A stretch of 64,000 nucleotides of DNA from positions 1,537 to 65,536 of the forward strand of contig JAHECD010000005.1 of assembly GCA_024641945.1 (NCBI GenBank), read 5' to 3'. The position numbers and the translations under genes were made by a program. Under the pieces are notes generated by a model. That model worked only from the letters and a program-made list of their open reading frames with translations. It was not told the origin of the DNA and did no database searches. This DNA comes from Rubrivivax sp. GTDB lineage: Bacteria > Pseudomonadota > Gammaproteobacteria > Burkholderiales > Burkholderiaceae_C. This document shows positions 41,290 through 51,063 of the stretch, in pieces (position 1 is the stretch's first letter; each line of letters starts with the position of its first letter).

Positions 41290-42027
41290 ATGCTCGGATC
41301 GATCAGAAGATGGCTGGGAGCTGCCGCTTCGGCCCGCGATGGCTGGGGCGGGCTCACGTCATGGGCGGCAGACCACGGCTATACGTTCCGCGGTGTGCGG
41401 CGGAGTGACGGGTTCGTGATCGATGGCCGGCTCGGTGCCACACCGTGGCGGCTGGAGTGGGGCGCGTCCCAGCGTGTCTACGTCACCGGCAACGAACTGC
41501 GCATCCGTGCCGAACTCGGCGTCCTGCCCGATCTGCAAACCCTCGTGCTCAACCGCGTGCTCCAGGAAGCGATGGAGAAGGACGTCTTCAATCAGTATGT
41601 CGAAGGTGTTCAGACGCGGATCGATACCCACACGCCGCCCGAGATGCGCTGGCTCGTGATGTTTCCGCAGTTGTCCGATGCGGAGCTCAAGGAACTCGGC
41701 AACCGGTGGGCGGCCGTTTCCAACCTGAAGACCTGGCTCGAACGCTGGCTCGACGGGCCCTTGGCGAACATGCTCGAGCAGGTGCCGGGCGGGCCGGCAG
41801 ATCCGCTGGTCTTGATGGTTTCCCGTGGCCGGCTGGTGCTGCGCACCGGACTGACCGATCCCGATCCCGCATCGCTCGATCGCTGGCTCGTCTTGTTCGA
41901 ATGTGCGCTGCGCGAGGCCTTGCGGGTCTGCTCCGACTTTGCGGACGCCCACGGGCAGAGCACACGTCCCAGCCTCTGGTCGCCATCAGTGATGGCGGCC
42001 GAAGACATCGAAGCGACAACACACTGA
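41290..42027 (+). CDS. Hypothetical protein
   Basis: 245-aa ORF with host-like codon bias filling the gap between GST and ACAD; WRLEWG.SQR.Y and PPEMRWLVM segments; no family recognised. Confidence 0.75.
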   Translation: MLGSIRRWLGAAASARDGWGGLTSWAADHGYTFRGVRRSDGFVIDGRLGATPWRLEWGASQRVYVTGNELRIRAELGVLPDLQTLVLNRVLQEAMEKDVFNQYVEGVQTRIDTHTPPEMRWLVMFPQLSDAELKELGNRWAAVSNLKTWLERWLDGPLANMLEQVPGGPADPLVLMVSRGRLVLRTGLTDPDPASLDRWLVLFECALREALRVCSDFADAHGQSTRPSLWSPSVMAAEDIEATTH

Positions 42028-42152
42028 CCGTCGCAGGGCCGGGAGGGCACCCACCAGTACGTGGGTGCAGCCGGCGTCCGCATCTCGACAGCCATGCCGC
42101 ACCAAGCGACGGCCACCGGGGCGCCAGGCCGCGGCGGCGTGGCGCCCGGTCC

Positions 42153-43370
42153 TCAGGCCGCGTGGCGACCGAGTTCGATCTTCGCGATCGCGTTGCGGTG
42201 CACTTCGTCCGGGCCGTCGGCAAATCTCAACGTACGTGCCTGGGCATAGAAGTAGGCGAGCGGGAAGTCCTGGCTGACGCCGGCGCCGCCATGCACCTGC
42301 ATCGCCCAGTCGATCACCTGGCAGGCCATGTTCGGCGCCACGACCTTGATCATGGCGATCTCGGCCTTGGCCGCCTTGTTGCCGGCGACGTCCATCATCC
42401 AGGCGGCCTTGAGCGTGAGCAGGCGGGCCTGGTCGATGAGGCAGCGGGCTTCCGCGATGCGCTCTTGCGTGACGCCCTGCTGCGCCACCGTCCGGCCGAA
42501 CGCGGTGCGCGACGATGCGCGTTTGCACATCAGTTCGAGCGACCGCTCGGCCAGCCCGATGAGCCGCATGCAATGGTGAATGCGTCCGGGGCCGAGTCGC
42601 CCCTGGGCGATCTCGAAGCCGCGGCCTTCACCGAGCAGGATATTGCTGGCCGGCACGCGCACGTTGTCGAAATCGACTTCCATGTGCCCATGCGGTGCGT
42701 CGTCGTAGCCCATCACGCTCAACGCGCGCAGCACCTTCACCCCCGGCGTGTCCATCGGCACGAGCACCATCGACTGCTGCGAATGGCGCGGCGCCTGCGG
42801 GTCGGTCTTGCCCATGAAGATCATGATCTTGCAGCGCGGATCGCCAGCGCCACTGGTCCACCACTTGCGACCGTTGATCACGTAGTCATCGCCCTGGCGT
42901 TCGATGCGTGCCTCGATATTGGTGGCGTCCGACGACGCCACGGCAGGTTCGGTCATCGCGAAGGCACTGCGGATCTCGCCCGCCAACAGCGGCTCGAGCC
43001 ATTGTTTCTGATGCGCTGCGCTGCCGTAGCGCACCAGCACTTCCATATTGCCCGTGTCGGGTGCCGAACAGTTGAAAACCTCGCTCGCCCAGGGCACGCG
43101 GCCCATCAATTCCGCGAGCGGGGCATATTCCTGGTTCGTCAGGCCGGCACCACGGTCACTTTCCGGCAGGAACAGGTTCCAGAGGCCGGCGGCCCTGGCC
43201 TTGGGTTTGAGTTTCTCGATCACCTGCAGCGGTGTCCAGCGGCGCCCGGCCTGCGTATTGGCCTCGAGTTCCTGCCACCAGGCGGCCTCGGCGGGGAATA
43301 CGTGTTCGCGCATGAACGCGTCGACGCGCTCGCGCAGTTCCTGGGTTCGTGGTGAATAGTCGAAGTCCAT
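42153..43370 (-). CDS. Acyl-CoA dehydrogenase (ACAD10/11, LvaC-like)
   Basis: [62 protein letters not shown]. Confidence 0.93.
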   Translation of the reverse strand: MDFDYSPRTQELRERVDAFMREHVFPAEAAWWQELEANTQAGRRWTPLQVIEKLKPKARAAGLWNLFLPESDRGAGLTNQEYAPLAELMGRVPWASEVFNCSAPDTGNMEVLVRYGSAAHQKQWLEPLLAGEIRSAFAMTEPAVASSDATNIEARIERQGDDYVINGRKWWTSGAGDPRCKIMIFMGKTDPQAPRHSQQSMVLVPMDTPGVKVLRALSVMGYDDAPHGHMEVDFDNVRVPASNILLGEGRGFEIAQGRLGPGRIHHCMRLIGLAERSLELMCKRASSRTAFGRTVAQQGVTQERIAEARCLIDQARLLTLKAAWMMDVAGNKAAKAEIAMIKVVAPNMACQVIDWAMQVHGGAGVSQDFPLAYFYAQARTLRFADGPDEVHRNAIAKIELGRHAA

Positions 43371-43381
43371 CTCTTGTCTCC

Positions 43382-44458
43382 TCAGGCTTTTCGAGCAAAC
43401 GTCCAGCCCAGTTCGGCCAGGGGCCGTGCGCCGGCGCCGGCTTCTCGAGCCTCTGCGCTGGCGGCCGTGCCGTCGACCACCCGCTTGGCAATGCCTTGCA
43501 GGATCGCGGCGATTCGGAACAGGTTGTACGCCAGGTAGAAGTTCCAGTCTGCCGCCAACGCGACAGGGTCGCCACGCCCCGTGCGTTCGCAATAGCGGCG
43601 CACGTACTCGGCTTCGGTTGGAATGCCCAGGCTCGCGATGTCGCGCCCGCCGATGCCGCGTCCCATGGTGTACGGGATATGCCAGGCCATGCAGTGGTAA
43701 CTGAAGTCCGCCAGCGGGTGACCGAGCGTCGAAAGCTCCCAGTCGAGCACGGCCAGGATGCGTGGTTCGGTAGGGTGGAATATGACGTTGTCGAGGCGAT
43801 AGTCGCCGTGCACGATGGACACCTGGGCCTCGTCGCGCGCGCTGTCTGGAATATGCGCCGGCAGCCATTCGATCAGTCGGTCCATCGCCTCGATCGGTTC
43901 CGTGACCGAGGCCCGGTACTGGCGGCTCCAGCGGCCGATCTGGCGCTCGAAATAGTTGCCCGGCTTGCCATAGTCCGCAAGCCCCACCGCCGCCGGGTTG
44001 ACCAGATGCATCGCCGAGATCACGCGGTTCATCTCGTCGTAGATCGCGGCCCGCTGTGAGGTCGACAGGCCTGGGAGCGACTGGTCCCACAGCACACGTC
44101 CTTCGACGTATTCCATGACATAGAACGCGCGCCCGATGACCGACTCGTCCTCGCACAGCACGTGCATGAGCGCTACCGGCACGGCGGTGCGTTGCAATGC
44201 CCGCATGACACGGAATTCGCGCTCGATGGCATGCGCCGACGGCAGAAGCCGCGCCACCGGTCCGGGCTTGGTGCGCATCACGTACGAGCAACCGGGTGTG
44301 TCGAGCTTGTAGGTCGGATTGCTTTGGCCGCCCTTGAATTGCTGCACCTGCAACGGTCCCGCAAAGCCATCGAGATGGGCCGCCAGGTAAGCCTGCAGGG
44401 CCTCGATATCGAAGGCGTGGGAGCCGCTGACGGGTTTGGTACCGGTGAATTTTTCCAT
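43382..44458 (-). CDS. APH-family phosphotransferase (ACAD10/11 kinase domain, LvaA-like)
   Basis: [39 protein letters not shown]. Confidence 0.92.
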   Translation of the reverse strand: MEKFTGTKPVSGSHAFDIEALQAYLAAHLDGFAGPLQVQQFKGGQSNPTYKLDTPGCSYVMRTKPGPVARLLPSAHAIEREFRVMRALQRTAVPVALMHVLCEDESVIGRAFYVMEYVEGRVLWDQSLPGLSTSQRAAIYDEMNRVISAMHLVNPAAVGLADYGKPGNYFERQIGRWSRQYRASVTEPIEAMDRLIEWLPAHIPDSARDEAQVSIVHGDYRLDNVIFHPTEPRILAVLDWELSTLGHPLADFSYHCMAWHIPYTMGRGIGGRDIASLGIPTEAEYVRRYCERTGRGDPVALAADWNFYLAYNLFRIAAILQGIAKRVVDGTAASAEAREAGAGARPLAELGWTFARKA

Positions 44459-44484
44459 GGCGTTCGTTGGAGGGTTGGCGCAGG

Positions 44485-45189
44485 TCAGCGATCGGCGATC
44501 GCCATCAGCTTGTCGCGCGAAAGAACGACCAGGCGGGTCGGCTCGACCCGGACCACGCCTTCGCGCTCGAAGCCCTTGAGCTCCTGGTTCACGCGCTGGC
44601 GCGAAGCACCGAGCAATTGGGCCAAATCCTCTTGCGCGAGTTGCAGGCCGATCCGGATCTCTGCACCTTGCTCGACACCGTAGCTCCGTGCCAGCAGCAG
44701 CAGTTGCTTGGCCAGGCGTGCTTGCAGCGGGCGCGAATTGAGATCTTCGTAATGATCGAACATCAGCCTCAGCCGGCGGCAGTTCAGGCGCAACAACGCG
44801 TCGTAAAGTTCGACGTGCTGAGAAAGCAGATCGTGAAAGTCGGGCTTGCGAACGACGAGAAGCGTGGTTTCGCCGTGGGCATCGGCATCGTGTGTGCGCG
44901 GCAGCCCGTCGAAAAGCGCGATGTCGCCGAACCAAGTGCCGGGATCGACGTAGGTCAGCGACACCTGCTTGCCCGACAGCGAGACCGAGCTCACGCGGAC
45001 CGCGCCGCGCGCCACGCCGCACCACTCCGCTGCGGGTGCCCCGCGGGCCGCCAACGGCGCGCCGTCGGCCAGGCGCCGAACCAGCGAGCGCGAAAGAATG
45101 GCCTGCTGGAGCGCCGGCGACAGGCGAGAGAACCATCCACCGGTCTCGATGTTCTGGCGCTCGTCGGGGGTCAGTGGTGGCGTGATCAT
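44485..45189 (-). CDS. Crp/Fnr family transcriptional regulator
   Basis: cNMP-binding [17 protein letters not shown]; [19 protein letters not shown]. Confidence 0.92.
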   Translation of the reverse strand: MITPPLTPDERQNIETGGWFSRLSPALQQAILSRSLVRRLADGAPLAARGAPAAEWCGVARGAVRVSSVSLSGKQVSLTYVDPGTWFGDIALFDGLPRTHDADAHGETTLLVVRKPDFHDLLSQHVELYDALLRLNCRRLRLMFDHYEDLNSRPLQARLAKQLLLLARSYGVEQGAEIRIGLQLAQEDLAQLLGASRQRVNQELKGFEREGVVRVEPTRLVVLSRDKLMAIADR

Positions 45190-45445
45190 TGAAGGTCCCT
45201 CGAAAAGAGGCGAAGCAGCCGGGGCGCCGCGATCACGGCGGCGCGGGCCAGGCCGCGTCGTACGGCGGTGCGGTGTCGATTCGCGTGGTGCTGCGTGGCG
45301 CACCGGGTGCCGCCATGCCGCAGTCCGGCCCGCTCATGAAGGATTTTGTCATGCGGTGAAGACAGCCCAATTCAGAGGAAGTCGCCGCAAAGTCGCATGC
45401 TAGAGTCGTTTCACGATCATCTCATCGCATTTTTTCGCCCTGCGC

Positions 45446-47395
45446 ATGCACCAGCGCCTCCTCACTTGTCTGTCTGTTTCGATCGCTGCCGCGTTCGGCA
45501 GCGGCGCAGCTTCGGCAGTTGGTTTCGGCCGAGCGAGTCCGTCGGCCAGCCTCGGAGCACCGCTGGATTTCAGCGTGCCACTCAGGCTCGAGACCGGCGA
45601 AATCCTGCCGGACGAATGTGTGGCGGCCCAGGTCGTCGCAGGCGACGCCGCGCTTGCCAACGGCGTCGTCTATGCGACGCTCGAGTCGGCCGGGCCGGCG
45701 CGCAGCCTGCGTGTCCGAACTTCCGTGCGAATTGACGAGCCGATCCTGGCGGTCACCGTGACGGTCGGATGCGATGTCAAGGTTTCGCGAAAATTCACCC
45801 TGTTTGCCGACCCGCCCGGACTGAGCACGGGCTTGCCGGCCGTCGTGGCTCCACCGGCGGTTGTGGCCGATGCCCCGGCGGCGCTGCCGGTGATCGCCCC
45901 TTCGGCCATGCCAGCGCGCCCGGCGGCTGCGCGGGCCGGTCCGGCGCGTATCGACCGCGCACCCACCCGCAAGGTCGTCAGAACCGCACCCAAGGGCGAC
46001 GACGCATTGGTCCCGCGTTCGGGCAGCCCGGCCCAGGTCGTCGCCACGGAGCCCGGCCCGGCCGCCGCTTCGAAGTCGTCCGCCCCGCGGTCGTCGGCAC
46101 GTCTGCGCCTGGACGCACCGTCAGTCACCTTTGCCGCCGACCAGGCTGCCGAAGCCGCATGGCAGCAGCGCGAGGAGTTGCTCGCAGCCGTTCGCGCCGC
46201 GACCACGGTGGCCCAGGTCGCTGCCGATTCCGCGTCAACCCGCGTCGCGGCGATGGAGGCATCGGTTGAGGCGCTCAAGCGCGACGCCAAGGCCCAGCGC
46301 GACGCCGTCGCGCGTCTTCAGCAATCGCTGTCCGAGGCGGACGACCGTGGCCGTTGGACGCCCTGGCTGTTGGGTGCCGTGATTGCGCTGCTCGGCGCCG
46401 CCGGTTGGCTGTACACACGGCTGCGCCGTGCCGAGAAGCTCAAGCAATCCGACTGGTGGCAAGCACCTGCAGCGTCCGGCGCAGATGCACCGGCGGCTGT
46501 AGAGACGCCGCCTCCGAATCCCGACGTTGGCTCGGTGTCCCCTGCTGCGCCTGTGCAGCCCCTGCCGGCGGCACCGGTCTCCGTTCCGACGGCCGCTCCG
46601 GTGGTCACGGCCAACGTGGGCGGAAACGCCGTCGCCGAGGACCGTTCCGGAGGGATGACGCAGCATACCCAGCCATTGCCGGCGGGATTCGTGGTGCCGG
46701 ATTCACCTTCGCGCGACGTGTCTATCGAGGAGCTGCTCGACATCGAGCAGCAGGCCGAGTTCTTCATCGTTCTGGGCCAGGACGATGCAGCCGTCGACCT
46801 GCTGATGGGTCATCTGCGAAGCACGGGTGGCTCCAGCCCGCTGCCCTACCTGAAGCTGATGGAGATCTACCATCGCCGAGGGGACCAGACCGCGTACGAG
46901 CGCATCAGGGTGCGGTTCAACGATCGGTTCAACGCCGTTGCGCCGGACTGGTCGAGCGACTTGAACGCGGGCCGCTCGCTCGAGAGCTACCCCGAGATCA
47001 TGTCCCGGATCGAAAACGATTGGTCGCGCCCCGTCGACGTGATGGCCGATCTCGAGACGTTGCTCTTCCGGACAGACGGCAACGAGTTGTTCGATCTGCC
47101 GGCATACCGCGACGTGCTGTTCCTCTTCACGCTGGCACGCGACGTCCAGGAGTCGATCCAGCACGAGGCCCCGCAGGTCGACGTACTCCTGCCGCTGTTT
47201 CGCGTCGGGGCCGTCGAAGTGGCCGAGCCCGAAGTCACGACGCCGAGCCAGCATGGCGAGCTTCGCCTCACGCTGGTCGAAAGACCCAAGGCTGCGCCCG
47301 AGCCGCAGTTGGAAGTGGCCGCACCCGCGGCCACCGACGATGCCTTGATCGACATCGGGTTCCTCAAGGACAGCGGCCCGGAACAGCGGCACTGA
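45446..47395 (+). CDS. FimV/HubP-like polar organiser protein
   Basis: Signal peptide; S.LGAPL...RIDEPIL..TV.VGC...RKFTLFADPP N-domain; Ala/Pro linker, coiled coil, one TM helix; cytoplasmic EELLDIEQQAEFF..LGQ..AV.LL...P.PYLKL helical domain. Confidence 0.75.
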   Translation: MHQRLLTCLSVSIAAAFGSGAASAVGFGRASPSASLGAPLDFSVPLRLETGEILPDECVAAQVVAGDAALANGVVYATLESAGPARSLRVRTSVRIDEPILAVTVTVGCDVKVSRKFTLFADPPGLSTGLPAVVAPPAVVADAPAALPVIAPSAMPARPAAARAGPARIDRAPTRKVVRTAPKGDDALVPRSGSPAQVVATEPGPAAASKSSAPRSSARLRLDAPSVTFAADQAAEAAWQQREELLAAVRAATTVAQVAADSASTRVAAMEASVEALKRDAKAQRDAVARLQQSLSEADDRGRWTPWLLGAVIALLGAAGWLYTRLRRAEKLKQSDWWQAPAASGADAPAAVETPPPNPDVGSVSPAAPVQPLPAAPVSVPTAAPVVTANVGGNAVAEDRSGGMTQHTQPLPAGFVVPDSPSRDVSIEELLDIEQQAEFFIVLGQDDAAVDLLMGHLRSTGGSSPLPYLKLMEIYHRRGDQTAYERIRVRFNDRFNAVAPDWSSDLNAGRSLESYPEIMSRIENDWSRPVDVMADLETLLFRTDGNELFDLPAYRDVLFLFTLARDVQESIQHEAPQVDVLLPLFRVGAVEVAEPEVTTPSQHGELRLTLVERPKAAPEPQLEVAAPAATDDALIDIGFLKDSGPEQRH

Positions 47396-47448
47396 GCGCC
47401 GGCGGCGATTTCGCCGCGGCAACCGGCGCGCGAGCCGCTGCAATTCCG

Positions 47449-48609
47449 TCAGAGCTTGGCCAGACGCGAAAGCGCTTCGTTCAGCGTGTCGTCCTTCTTG
47501 GCAAAACACAGTCGGGCGATGCCTTGCTCGAAGCCGCCGTCGTAGAAGGCCGACAGCGGGATGGCCGCAACGCCGACCTCACGCGTGAGCCACTGGCAGA
47601 AGTCGGCCTCGGGCAGGCTGCTCACAGCGCTGTAGTCCACGCACTGGAAATAGGTGCCCGCCGTATGCAAGGCCTTCAGGCGGGTCTTTCCGATGCCTGC
47701 CGCGAAGAGATCGCGCTTGCGCTGGTAGAACGCCGGCAGGCCGAGATACGGGGACGGGTCGCCCATGTAGCTCGCGAGTCCATGCTGCATGGGTGTGTTC
47801 ACGGTAAAGACGTTGAACTGATGCACCTTGCGGAACTCGGCCGTCAGCGGCGCTGGCGCGGCGACCGTGCCGATTTTCCATCCGGTGACATGGAAGGTCT
47901 TGCCGAAGCTCGACACGACAAAGCTGCGCGCCGCGAGTTCGGGGATCGACGAAGCACTGACGTGTGGCGTGCCGTCGAACACCATGTGTTCGTAGACCTC
48001 GTCGGAAATCAGCAGCACGTCGGTCGGCGCGAGCAGCGCCGCGAGTTGCAGCATTTCGGCGCGGGTCCAGACCGTGGCACTCGGGTTATGCGGAGAGTTG
48101 ACGATGATGGCGCGCGTCCGCGTCGACAGGGCGCCGGCGATGGCCGCGAAGTCCGGGCGAAAGGTGCGCGGGGTGAGCGCGACGCGGACCACGGTGCCAC
48201 CGGCCAGCTCGACATTGGGCGCATAGCTGTCGTAACACGGCTCGAGGACGATGACCTCGTCACCTGGATGCACGCAGCACAGCACGGCGGTCAGAATGGC
48301 CTGCGTCGCCCCTGCGGTGACCGTGATTTCGGTGACGGGGTCGTAGCGGTATCCATACAGTGACTCGATCTTGCCGGCGACGACTTCGCGCAGCGGCATG
48401 ATCCCGGGCATTGGAGGGTACTGGTTCAGGCCCTCGCGCATGGCGCGGGTGACCTCGTCGACCAGGCGGGCGTCGCAGTCGAAGTCAGGGAAACCCTGGC
48501 CGAGATTGACGGCCTTGCACTCGGCGGCGAGCGCCGACATCACGGTGAAGATCGTCGTGCCGACGTGCGGCAGCCGGCTGGGGAGGGCAGGTGTGCGAAG
48601 GTGGCTCAT
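47449..48609 (-). CDS. PLP-dependent aminotransferase class I/II (YbdL-like)
   Basis: VGTTIFTVMS, NLGQGFPDF, NSPHNP, ISDEVYEH, SSFGKTFHVTGWK. Confidence 0.92.
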   Translation of the reverse strand: MSHLRTPALPSRLPHVGTTIFTVMSALAAECKAVNLGQGFPDFDCDARLVDEVTRAMREGLNQYPPMPGIMPLREVVAGKIESLYGYRYDPVTEITVTAGATQAILTAVLCCVHPGDEVIVLEPCYDSYAPNVELAGGTVVRVALTPRTFRPDFAAIAGALSTRTRAIIVNSPHNPSATVWTRAEMLQLAALLAPTDVLLISDEVYEHMVFDGTPHVSASSIPELAARSFVVSSFGKTFHVTGWKIGTVAAPAPLTAEFRKVHQFNVFTVNTPMQHGLASYMGDPSPYLGLPAFYQRKRDLFAAGIGKTRLKALHTAGTYFQCVDYSAVSSLPEADFCQWLTREVGVAAIPLSAFYDGGFEQGIARLCFAKKDDTLNEALSRLAKL

Positions 48610-48623
48610 GGGGGGACCGCGGG

Positions 48624-49568
48624 TCAGAGTTCGTAATTCTCGGCATCGCCGCGCATGGCGCGCTGGATGAGTGCACGCGTGAGGCGGTCGGACAGCAGCT
48701 CGGCGAAGGTCAGGACGAATTCGCGCAGGTAGACGCCGCGCCGGAAGGCCACGCGCGACACGTTGGTGCCGAACAGATGGGCCGCAGGGATCGACACGAG
48801 GTCGCTGTCGGGGCCGTCGTCGCGCACCGCCATCTCGGCCACGATGCCGATCCCCAGGCCAACCCGCACATAGGTCTTGATCACGTCCGAATCGAGCGCC
48901 TCGAGCGCGATCTCGGGTTTGATCCGGGCGCGTGCAAATGCATCGTCGATGCGCGAGCGGCCGGTGACGGTGCTGTGATACGTCACGAGCGGCTCGCTGG
49001 CGATCTGCTCGAGCGTCAATCGCTCGGTGCCCGCAAGGGCATGCCCGCGTGGCAGCACGACCACATGGTGCCAGTCGTAGCACGGCAAGGTGATGAGCCC
49101 GTCGTGGTTCTGCAGAGACTCGGTGGCCAGCCCAATGTCGGCGGTCTCCTCGAGCAGCATGCGAGCCACCTGGTCCGGCGTTCCCTGATGCAACTCCACC
49201 TGCACTTGTGGGTAGCGCCGGCGCAGCAGCGCCACCGGCGAAGGCAGCACATAGCGTGCTTGTGTGTGCGTGGTTGCGATCGACAGCGTGCCGGCCTCCT
49301 GCTTGCTGAACTGTTCGCCGATGCGCTTGAGGTTGCCGACTTCGCGCATGATGATGTCGATCGACTTGAGCACCTGCTCGCCCGGCTCCGTCACGCGCCG
49401 CAGGCGCTTGCCGTGCCGCATGAAGATGTCGATGCCGAGTTCTTCCTCGAGTTCGAGGATCGCTTTGCTGACGCCGGGTTGCGACGTGAAGAGCGCCTTT
49501 GCCGTCTCGGTGAGGTTCAGGTTGCGGCGTACCGCCTCCTGCACGTAGCGGAACTGGTGCAGATTCAC
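48624..49568 (-). CDS. cysB: CysB/Cbl family LysR regulator
   Basis: MNLHQFRYV...LNLTETAKALFTSQPGVSK, IATTHTQARYVLP, ALDSDVIKTYV. Confidence 0.93.
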   Translation of the reverse strand: MNLHQFRYVQEAVRRNLNLTETAKALFTSQPGVSKAILELEEELGIDIFMRHGKRLRRVTEPGEQVLKSIDIIMREVGNLKRIGEQFSKQEAGTLSIATTHTQARYVLPSPVALLRRRYPQVQVELHQGTPDQVARMLLEETADIGLATESLQNHDGLITLPCYDWHHVVVLPRGHALAGTERLTLEQIASEPLVTYHSTVTGRSRIDDAFARARIKPEIALEALDSDVIKTYVRVGLGIGIVAEMAVRDDGPDSDLVSIPAAHLFGTNVSRVAFRRGVYLREFVLTFAELLSDRLTRALIQRAMRGDAENYEL

Positions 49569-49942
49569 GATGACTGATCGAGCGTGGCGGCAGCCGTGCG
49601 TGCCATGGCGTCGATCACCGGCCCGGTTTCGCCAATGGCTGCCTGCAGATTCCAGCGGATGGCGGGATGCCGCGCACGCAATTCCTCCAGCAGCAGTGGC
49701 AGGTCGCGCCGCAGATGACCACCCGTACCGAGGAACATCGGCTGCACCACGATGTGATCACACCCGGCTGCGACGAGCGCGTCGCCGGCCTCGAGCAGGG
49801 TCGGCGACATGAATTCGAGATACGCCAGCACCACCGTGGCATGCGGCCGCTGCCCGCGCACCTGGGTCGCCACGGCCTCGAACGGGGCCGCCCAGCGCGC
49901 ATCGCGGGCGCCATGGGCAAACAGGATCAATCCGTCGCGCAT
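49565..49942 (-). CDS. Single-domain sirohydrochlorin chelatase (CbiX/SirB family)
   Basis: ILFAHGARD, AYLEFMSP, PMFLGTGGHLRRDLP. Confidence 0.88.
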   Translation of the reverse strand: MRDGLILFAHGARDARWAAPFEAVATQVRGQRPHATVVLAYLEFMSPTLLEAGDALVAAGCDHIVVQPMFLGTGGHLRRDLPLLLEELRARHPAIRWNLQAAIGETGPVIDAMARTAAATLDQSS

Positions 49943-49956
49943 CGAATTCCTTCCAG

Positions 49957-51063
49957 CTACCGGTACCTGACGAGCCAGGCGAACGCACCGAGGGACAGCA
50001 TCAGATAGGCCAGCGCCGGCGCCGCCGCCGCAATCCAGGGAGTCCAGTCACGGAGCACGCCCACATGCCCGGCGACATTGTTCAGCAGCACGAAGCTGAT
50101 GCCGAGCATGATGCCGCCGAACACCTTGAAGCTGATCCCGCCCGAGCGTGCCTGCAGGTAGGCAAACGGCAACGCGAGCGCCACCATCACGAGGCACGCG
50201 AACGGGTACAGCGCCTTCTTCCAGAATTGGATCGCATAGCGTTGCGAAGCCTGCTCCTGCGCGCTCAGATGGGCGCTGTAACGCCAGAGCTCGACCGTCG
50301 TCATGGTTTGAAGCGGCAGTACGGCGGCAGCGACGACGTCCGCAGAAAGGGTGCTTTGCCAGTCGAGCGTGGCAAGCGTCTCGTGCCCCACGGCGGACCG
50401 CGCGGCCGACTCTGCGGGCCAGCGTGTCACCGTGACGTCGGAGAGCGCCCAGAGGCCATCGCCCGCGACGCGGCCTTCCTTGGCCTGCACGCGCGTCACC
50501 AGCCGCCCGTCGGCATCGAATTCGAAGATCCGGATCGACTGCAAGGCGCCGGCACCGCGCGCTGCACCCACGTTGATCGATACGCTGTGTTCGCCCGAGT
50601 CCGTCGGGCGGCGTTCCTTCAGCCAGGCGCCCGCGCGCCCGAGAGACAGACCACCTGCCCGTGCTTTCAGGATCACGGCCTGGCGCTCGCTCATTGGCGT
50701 GATCCAGTCGCCGATGGCGAATGTCGCCAGGCCGAAGACAAGACCCAGCAGCGCCAGCAGCCCGAGCGCGCGGCCCGGACCGAGCCCGCCCGTGCGCAGG
50801 ATCGTGAACTCCGACGACTGCGCCATCCGCGACAGCGCATAGATCGTGCCGATGAGCACGGAGATCGGCATCAGCTCGTACAGGTGTCCAGGGATCTCCA
50901 GGGCCGCAGAAATGGCTGCATTCAGCGCCGAGAACCCGGGCCGCCCACGGTCGTTCAATTCGTCGACGAAGTCGATGAAGAAGAACAACGAAAGGAATGC
51001 GAATGCGACGAAGGCCACCGACCCCGCGATATCGTTGTAGAGCAGCCTGCGCACCGTCTTCAT
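49957..51063 (-). CDS. lptG: LPS export ABC transporter permease LptG
   Basis: SSEFTILRTGG, WLKE, IRIFEFD, LALPFAY; follows lptF. Confidence 0.93.
   Translation of the reverse strand: MKTVRRLLYNDIAGSVAFVAFAFLSLFFFIDFVDELNDRGRPGFSALNAAISAALEIPGHLYELMPISVLIGTIYALSRMAQSSEFTILRTGGLGPGRALGLLALLGLVFGLATFAIGDWITPMSERQAVILKARAGGLSLGRAGAWLKERRPTDSGEHSVSINVGAARGAGALQSIRIFEFDADGRLVTRVQAKEGRVAGDGLWALSDVTVTRWPAESAARSAVGHETLATLDWQSTLSADVVAAAVLPLQTMTTVELWRYSAHLSAQEQASQRYAIQFWKKALYPFACLVMVALALPFAYLQARSGGISFKVFGGIMLGISFVLLNNVAGHVGVLRDWTPWIAAAAPALAYLMLSLGAFAWLVRYR

Noticed and set aside
42047-42151. GC-rich hairpins between convergent genes (similar ones at about 6778-6801, 18084-18136 and 47396-47440)
   Set aside because: They share no sequence with each other, so they are not a REP family; most likely ordinary terminators or stabilising stems.
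49565-49942. cbiX-like chelatase as B12 supply for eutBC
   Set aside because: It sits in a cysB-coupled operon 13 kb away, which fits siroheme and sulfate assimilation better; no cob genes are nearby.
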